Shown here piece after piece: positions 57,912-64,000 of a DNA stretch of 64,000 nt. Below the pieces are notes generated by a model. The model was not told where the DNA came from, did no database searches, and saw nothing but the letters and a program-made list of their open reading frames with translations. Source of the DNA: Octopus vulgaris (Eukaryota); contig OX597816.1 of NCBI GenBank assembly GCA_951406725.2, positions 134,850,001 through 134,914,000 on the forward strand, read 5' to 3'. How positions within the stretch are numbered: position 1 is the first letter of the stretch; every line of letters starts with the position of its first letter. Made by a program: the position numbers and the translations under genes.

Positions 57912-58280
57912 GAACGTGTTTTTTTATGTCCTGTACCCACAAATGCATGTATATATACATATAATTAAGCATATTGTTTTTACGTCCTGTTCTTGTCACT
58001 TGTTTTACCCCTCTGCAAAAGAATTTTATTTAATTCATTTTGCAAGAAGGACTGCTACGGCCGGATCGTGTTCTGCCCTTACCTTCGAAACACGCATTGA
58101 GTCGAAACAGGGGCAGCTGATGAAGGGGAATTTTCCTTATATTGTTTGTCTTGCACTGTTTTTTCGTTGTTAAAAAAAGTCCGTTTCCTTGTTTGATTTT
58201 ATGTTTTCGTTTCTCGTTGTGTTCTACGTTTATTTGTGGTATCCTGTACTCATATATGCATGTATATATACATATAGATG
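57912..58280 (+). mobile_element. Terminally redundant ~313-bp non-coding unit (retrozyme/pseudo-LTR-like) carrying a permuted hammerhead
   Basis: Direct repeat tcctgtacccacaaatgcatgtatatatacatata (57929-57963) versus tcctgtactcatatatgcatgtatatatacatata (58242-58276); hammerhead core in between. Confidence 0.6.
58067..58128 (+). ncRNA. Candidate non-circularly permuted (pseudoknotted) hammerhead ribozyme
   Basis: Stem III CGTGT(58067-71)/ACACG(58090-94); cleavage triplet GTT (H17 = 58072); stem I CTGCCCTT(58073-80)/AGGGGCAG(58109-16); CTGATGA 58117-23; GAAA 58087-90; stem II CTTC(58083-86)/GGGG(58125-28, two G-U pairs). Confidence 0.65.
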
Positions 58281-58390
58281 TAGGTATGTACATATATGTA
58301 TGTATGTATGCCGATGTTTTATTTATTAAATTGTTATTATATGATTGAACGCCACGCGTTGTTTTCTTCTTCAAGTAAGTTTTTATATAT

Positions 58391-59120
58391 ATATTCCTCC
58401 TACCCACCTTGCCTCTTTTGCTCCGACTCCTACTTCTTCTCTTCATTACTAATCTCCTTCTCTTTTCTTCACTCCTACCCACCTTCCCTATGCATCCGAT
58501 CCCGCCCCATCCCCATCCCTTACATCCATTCCCACATATGCCACCTCTACTCCCACCCTCAGCCTACCCACATACCACACCTCTACCCCACCCTCATTCT
58601 AACCCATACCACACCCTTGCTTTCAACACTCTCGCCTCCCCCACCTCCCAACACCATCACACCACACCACACACCACTACATCATACACCACCATACCAC
58701 ACAACACCACATCACATCACATCACCTCGCACACACTAGCACTGACCACTTCTCGGCCCCAAATCCACACACCTACACATACACACGCACACGTCAAGGT
58801 CACCAGCTCTCTTCCACACGCACGTACATACCCTCTTATACACACGTACGCGCACCTTCGTTTTGGGATCACCACTACTTTATCTACCCTTCTTCTAGCT
58901 CTCCTGTGTGACCTCTCTTTCCGGCATTCGTCATGATAGATCGCTAGCCTCTACACATTCTTTATTTTCTTTCCTTGTTTCTGTCTGTGTTACTTCTGTG
59001 GAAGAGCGTAGGCTCGAAACGTTAAAGACTTTTTCACTTCCCTAGTGTTATACTAATACATCTGTTTGTTGTCTCCACCACCTGTCTTCGTATTTTGTTT
59101 TTTTTAATGAATTCTCCCTA
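58391..59120 (+). mobile_element. Probable Penelope-like 3' end / pseudo-LTR: C/A-rich tract, hammerhead-like motif, T-rich tail into (TA)n
   Basis: Low-complexity C-rich segment, then CTGTGGA A GAGC gtag GCTC GAAACGTT at 58996-59023, then a T-rich tail ending at TA repeats. This layout is typical of Penelope-like pLTRs. Confidence 0.55.
58993..59027 (+). ncRNA. Minimal hammerhead-like motif with core variant (CUGUGGA, A6U)
   Basis: Perfect 4-bp stem II, GAAA, palindromic stem III AACGTT, short stem I (tt/aa). Conserved A6 is replaced by U. Confidence 0.5.
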
Positions 59121-60748
59121 TATATATATGAAGTGTATGTACATACATATATATCTGTGTGTGTGCATATATTATACATATATATATATAAAGCATGTCT
59201 GTGTACACACACACACACATATATATATATCGATGATATGAGTGTGCATCTGCGTCTATGTGTGTGTATTTGTGAGTGCTTTTTCACAAATGTGCATTCA
59301 TATGTATGCAGGTTATGTTCTAGTCGACTTACTAATGAATAATTCCTGATATTATCTTATTCTGATTATTTCTCGTTTCTTTGTTTGCATTTTGCCATGC
59401 AGTATCCCGTGGCAACGGATTTTTTTTTGTCTTGTTATTGCTGACAATACCAGAAGTGGCTTGCCTGGCTAAGGGCGACCACCTGTGCATTGCTTTGCAT
59501 TATTCCCTGAGATTATATGAATATTCATAGATCTTTTTCGCCTTGACTATTTAAACAGCGTAGAATATAGACGTAAAAGCATTATTGATGCCGATATTGT
59601 TGTACTGGTGACGGTGGTACAACAGATATATTCATTGTTCCATTAATACAAGTTCTCACCCTATTAATTAAGCCTTCACAGAAATCCTAAATCACAAAAT
59701 CAAAATACCCGAAGTTGAATGCTTTGCAAGAATGGTGTTTATATCTTGTTTTTTCGTACCTTTAAGTAAATGAAAGGTGGATTACTCACCCGAATATTGC
59801 ACAGTGTGTCGCCGGTATTAAGTAGCCAACTCATGGGCCTTGAGTTCAGATTTGTGGGTGGTGTTTCATTGAACCGATCTATTTTCCAGATGTGGCAGTT
59901 AGTTCCATGAGTTTCAGTTCACCTAACTATCAGAAATAGACGACATGCCTTTTAAGTGAGTTTTTACGTAATTTTACACAGATATTCAGAGAAGATTTAT
60001 CTCTTAATACCAAGAAATTGGAACCCGGCCGCTTACTAACAGAAAACCCCTTTTAGAACGAGCCAATGAGGGAACTTCTATGTCGTCGTTCAATCTACAA
60101 GAAATAACATTCAAGTCTCCTTAAAATGACGCCTTACTGTCTTAAAAATGAAGGTCGCCAGATAATGTAGTCCTAGATAGTCTATGTTTGAAAAACTACG
60201 GATACTCAGTCTGCTGATTGTATGTCTGCTTCATGAGACATGCTTTATGATCCATTTTGGTTCTGAAGTAGTTTTATGGGGTTTTCTTCTTACTGTCTTG
60301 CTAGGTCTATGCTTGCCATCAGAAATGCAGTATACTAGTGATTGACTTGTTTGAAACCTTACCTTTATTTACATTATTTACTGGAAAATACGAAAACTAA
60401 AAGAAGCAGCACATATGCTAGGACAAAACAACTTCCTAAAATATCTTTGTCACTTAATTCTTTTTTTTTTTCTGTTTGTCATAGCAGTATGAGATCATTT
60501 TTGTTAAGTTGACAGAATTAAAGGTTTATTGTACATAGGTTTTCGTATATTTTCGTGTACTTGCTGTTGTCCTGCGTTCTGTAATGTTTATTACGAGCAC
60601 TCTGTAATGTTTGTTGGTGACGTGCCGATATCACCGCGATCTTCTGTCAATAGCCGATGAGAGGAGAATGGTTTCGTTGTCTGTGCCTAATGTTTCTTCC
60701 CTTTCTCTCCCTCTCTCTTTCTCTGTACATTTCATTTATATATATATG

Positions 60749-60794
<46 letters not shown>

Positions 60795-62961
60795 TATATA
60801 TATATATAGGGATGAATCAAATGATATGTAGGTATAACCCAAAGAATCGAAGGCATAATTGTTAAGGGGTGAGGAGAAAACTTGAATTCACACGCCATTA
60901 GTTAGAAGATAATTACAAAAATCGGAATTGGATTAGAAACACCCAACGGAAAAGAAAATGCTGCTTTACCATGTCCGTTCTTCACAATAATGGCTAAATA
61001 TGGTCATTGGTAAAGAATAGTTGTTGCTTAACTTAAATTTAGCCTCGATTTGGCAGACCATGATCAAAGGACATTTCAGCTCTGACAATTTCGTATTTTC
61101 CTAGCAAAATGTTTCTAAGACTACAATAGTTAATATGCCAGACTTTAAAAAACATTGGATGTGATATGAGGGAAATTTGTCTGATATTTCTAGCAGAGAA
61201 AGAGTGACACAAACCTGTAAAGTAAATGATTAAACACTTTACAGTATTTCGCAAGATTATGATTCTCTGTTAATGCAATGCATTATATATCAGCTGTTAA
61301 ACAACGTTAATGATATCAATTAAACAAACTATTTCTACGTTTCCATTATCAAGAAACTCAGTAAACTAATAAACCTAATTTTTCTGGAATAAGACAACAT
61401 ATTGTCAAAAACATATAAATATATATTTCATGTCAAAATGTAAGATCAAATATCGATGGCCTTCTGAATTTTCTTCAAAATAAGTTTTCTTCGTCATATT
61501 GTATTTACAAATTGGGTGTATGTACATGCTGTATTTTCTGTATGTATATGCTATACTCTCTATATGTGTCCGGTGATATTTCAACATTAGTATGTACTTA
61601 AAATTTGTAATAAGTAAATGTTATGAAGTTAAGTGTAAAAAGATATTCAGTATCACAATATATAAAGAAATAAAGACATATTTCACGGGGTGGTGCTAGT
61701 TAGAGAAGTGCTATTTCTAGCATTCTGAAGCCATTCATCAAAGTTGAATGTACATCTTATGTTACATAGATATTGACGTTTAAATGATAAATCCTGTAAC
61801 CCGGAAACTCACTTTACTATTTGGAACTTTGACTTGGTAAATGATACACTCTAAAACTGACTGAGGTGTACTATATAAACTAGTTTCTATATAAGCTACT
61901 TAGCACCACTGTTACACTGATTTTTAGTAGTTTACATATTTGTCGTATTTCAATGTTTCATTGTTGTAGAAAGTATCTAAATTGCAAATGTTGCATTAAT
62001 CGCCAGAAAATCCCTCGTTAATAACATAGCTTCAGTTGCTGATCGAGTTAATGAGAAATACTTAAAGCAATTTCCAGTGAACAGATCGAAGCTAGTTGCA
62101 TTAATTTAACTCTAAATGATTCGCTGTCGTATAAATTTCCTTTATTGAAGCAGAAAATTGTCGTATTTTGGTCAACACTTTAAAATAATTTATATATTGT
62201 GACACTGGATATATTTTTATACTTAATTTTATCACAAAATTTATTATTTTTAAGTTCATGCTAATATTGAAATATCAAATACAATTACTGCATACCATTC
62301 TTAGAATAAATTACAAATATAAAAATATTCATAGGCAACGTTTAAGAGAATGATACATTTTAAACTCCATCTTAAGTGGGGGGCGCTATTTACAATTAAA
62401 GGTTCTGTGTTTGAGAATTTTGCTTTAATTAGCAAAATTTTTAATTTGCCCGTTTCATTCAAATATCGATCCAATAACCACTTTAAAAAATTTAGATAAT
62501 TATTAGAGCGAAAATTCACATTCGACTGAGACTTAAATCAATATTTTTGTACGGCCAACGTTTATCACGAACTGGTAAATTTAAAACGAGGTTATTTCAA
62601 ACTGTTGTGGATAGGTTTTTAATTAAGACATAATGGATCTCACGCCGATTTTGAAGTTGATTTTTTTCCAGTCGTTCGATTGACAGAATTACTAAATTAA
62701 TTATGGCATAAGCGGCTGAGTATTCCACAGAAACTTGTGCTATTAAAAAAAGTCTACGGGAAAACTCAGTATGATACTGTAAGACAAAGTTGATTGTTGA
62801 ATTATCGGTACAACTCATACGCGGGCTTCCACATACTTTCTGCTTATTCAGTCTCATTCACAAGGCTTGTGACCCAAGCTTATGTTAAAAGACACTTTCC
62901 CATTGTGTCGTGTAGTGGGATCCAACCCGAAATCTCAAGAGCATAATAAACTCTTTAACAA

Positions 62962-63042
62962 TTCGTTTTTGCCTTCCTGACAAAAAGATCCATGATAGGG
63001 TTCGTTTTTGTACTTCCTGACAAAAAGATCCACGAGAGGGTT
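62962..63042 (+). repeat. ~40-bp tandem duplication
   Basis: ttcgtttttg(c/ta)cttcctgacaaaaagatcca(t/c)ga(t/g)aggg twice. Confidence 0.9.
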
Positions 63043-64000
63043 AGCAAGAAAATGTTTTGATATTGAACAAACCGTACACTGAATTGGTTTACCGTTAACT
63101 TTGCAAGTATCAGATAAAAATTTTCGGGAAGTAAAACTGGGACTTGTGACATTCATACATTTCTGATGTCATAAATGAAGTGAGGGAATAAATGATTCTC
63201 TGTGGGAATTGAAAATGGGACGTAGAGCTGCAATGCTTTAAATATATTTGTAGGAGCATTTGTTTCATCTGTTATAGTAAAAATATCAGATATCACTTTG
63301 AATAGAATATCTTTCCTCAGCAAGGTTCAGTCATCTACACTTTGATGTCCTCTTACTTGTTGCAGAGGTTCTGAAAAAGATCATAGACGCTGCCATTCTA
63401 CCTCTAAGCCATTTATTAAATCCAAACAAAACCAGCTTTGCTAATTCTGCATAAACGAATTCCCTATTTTGTTTACATTTGCCCTTATTCTCGTGTATGC
63501 TCTGAACATTCCGTTTAGCTTTTCTTCATCTGATTTCTAACGTGAATCTTTACACCTCACTAAGATTACCAGAGATATCTTCAGAGAAGACTTGGGGGGA
63601 AATATTTGTTTTAAAATTGTTACCATAAATCCATTTGTCAAAGATAGTGTGTTCTATAAGAAACCAATCAGCTTGATCAATGCTGAAGAAATAAATCTGA
63701 GCATACTGTAAAAGATGGTTGGACTCCAATTCTTAATTGTAGATCTAAAGAAATACCGTAAAGCGAAAGTAATAATAGATTGTAGTATTTGCTATAATTT
63801 ATCTACTTAAAATGTTCTATAGTTTACTATTGAATTGTTAGTATATTATGGGACAGATTGGATTAAATGATAATGATCTAGCTTGTTTTAATTGTTTGGA
63901 GAATACAGTAGTGAGCTGATGTTAACTATTGTATCGAAAAAAAATGTATTTTGGCTACAGTTGACTGGACAAAATTTGTAAGCCGAGTCGTGTATTTCTT

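Noticed and set aside
58030-58936. Arg/Lys-rich and Pro/His/Thr-rich ORFs
   Set aside because: Products of C/A-rich low-complexity repeat DNA.
63366-63455. Next exon of the host gene after acceptor tcttacttgttgcag
   Set aside because: Frames close within ~30 codons, with no donor and no recognisable homology.

Overview
Eukaryotic, AT-rich, repeat-dominated DNA. The dominant tRNA-derived SINE families look like those of Octopus (cephalopod mollusc); this is an inference from repeat recognition. There is no intact long gene, and nearly all ORFs in the supplied track are spurious, notably the IYIY ORFs read from a ~4.9 kb (TA)n-derived microsatellite at 16.1-20.9 kb. The window is probably intronic/intergenic, with one convincing + strand exon (41359-41456) and weaker 5' exon candidates at 12.7-12.95 kb. 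Recognisable relics: an Academ-type DDE transposase, R4/Dong and CRE restriction-like-endonuclease LINEs, CR1/Jockey-group, Tx1 and Penelope-like fragments, a non-autonomous Helitron, several MITE/fold-back elements and dozens of SINEs. The most interesting signal is a set of hammerhead ribozyme motifs in non-autonomous repeats. (i) At 58067-58128 all conserved core nucleotides are present but the strands are connected in a non-circularly permuted, pseudoknotted order, inside a 313-bp terminally redundant unit. (ii) At 6570-7030 a tRNA-headed SINE with a Penelope-type minimal hammerhead in its tail sits as a head-to-head palindrome. (iii) Further minimal or degenerate motifs occur at 32.3, 36.3, 54.5, 59.0 and 60.6 kb. 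All folds and family calls were made by eye and are untested.
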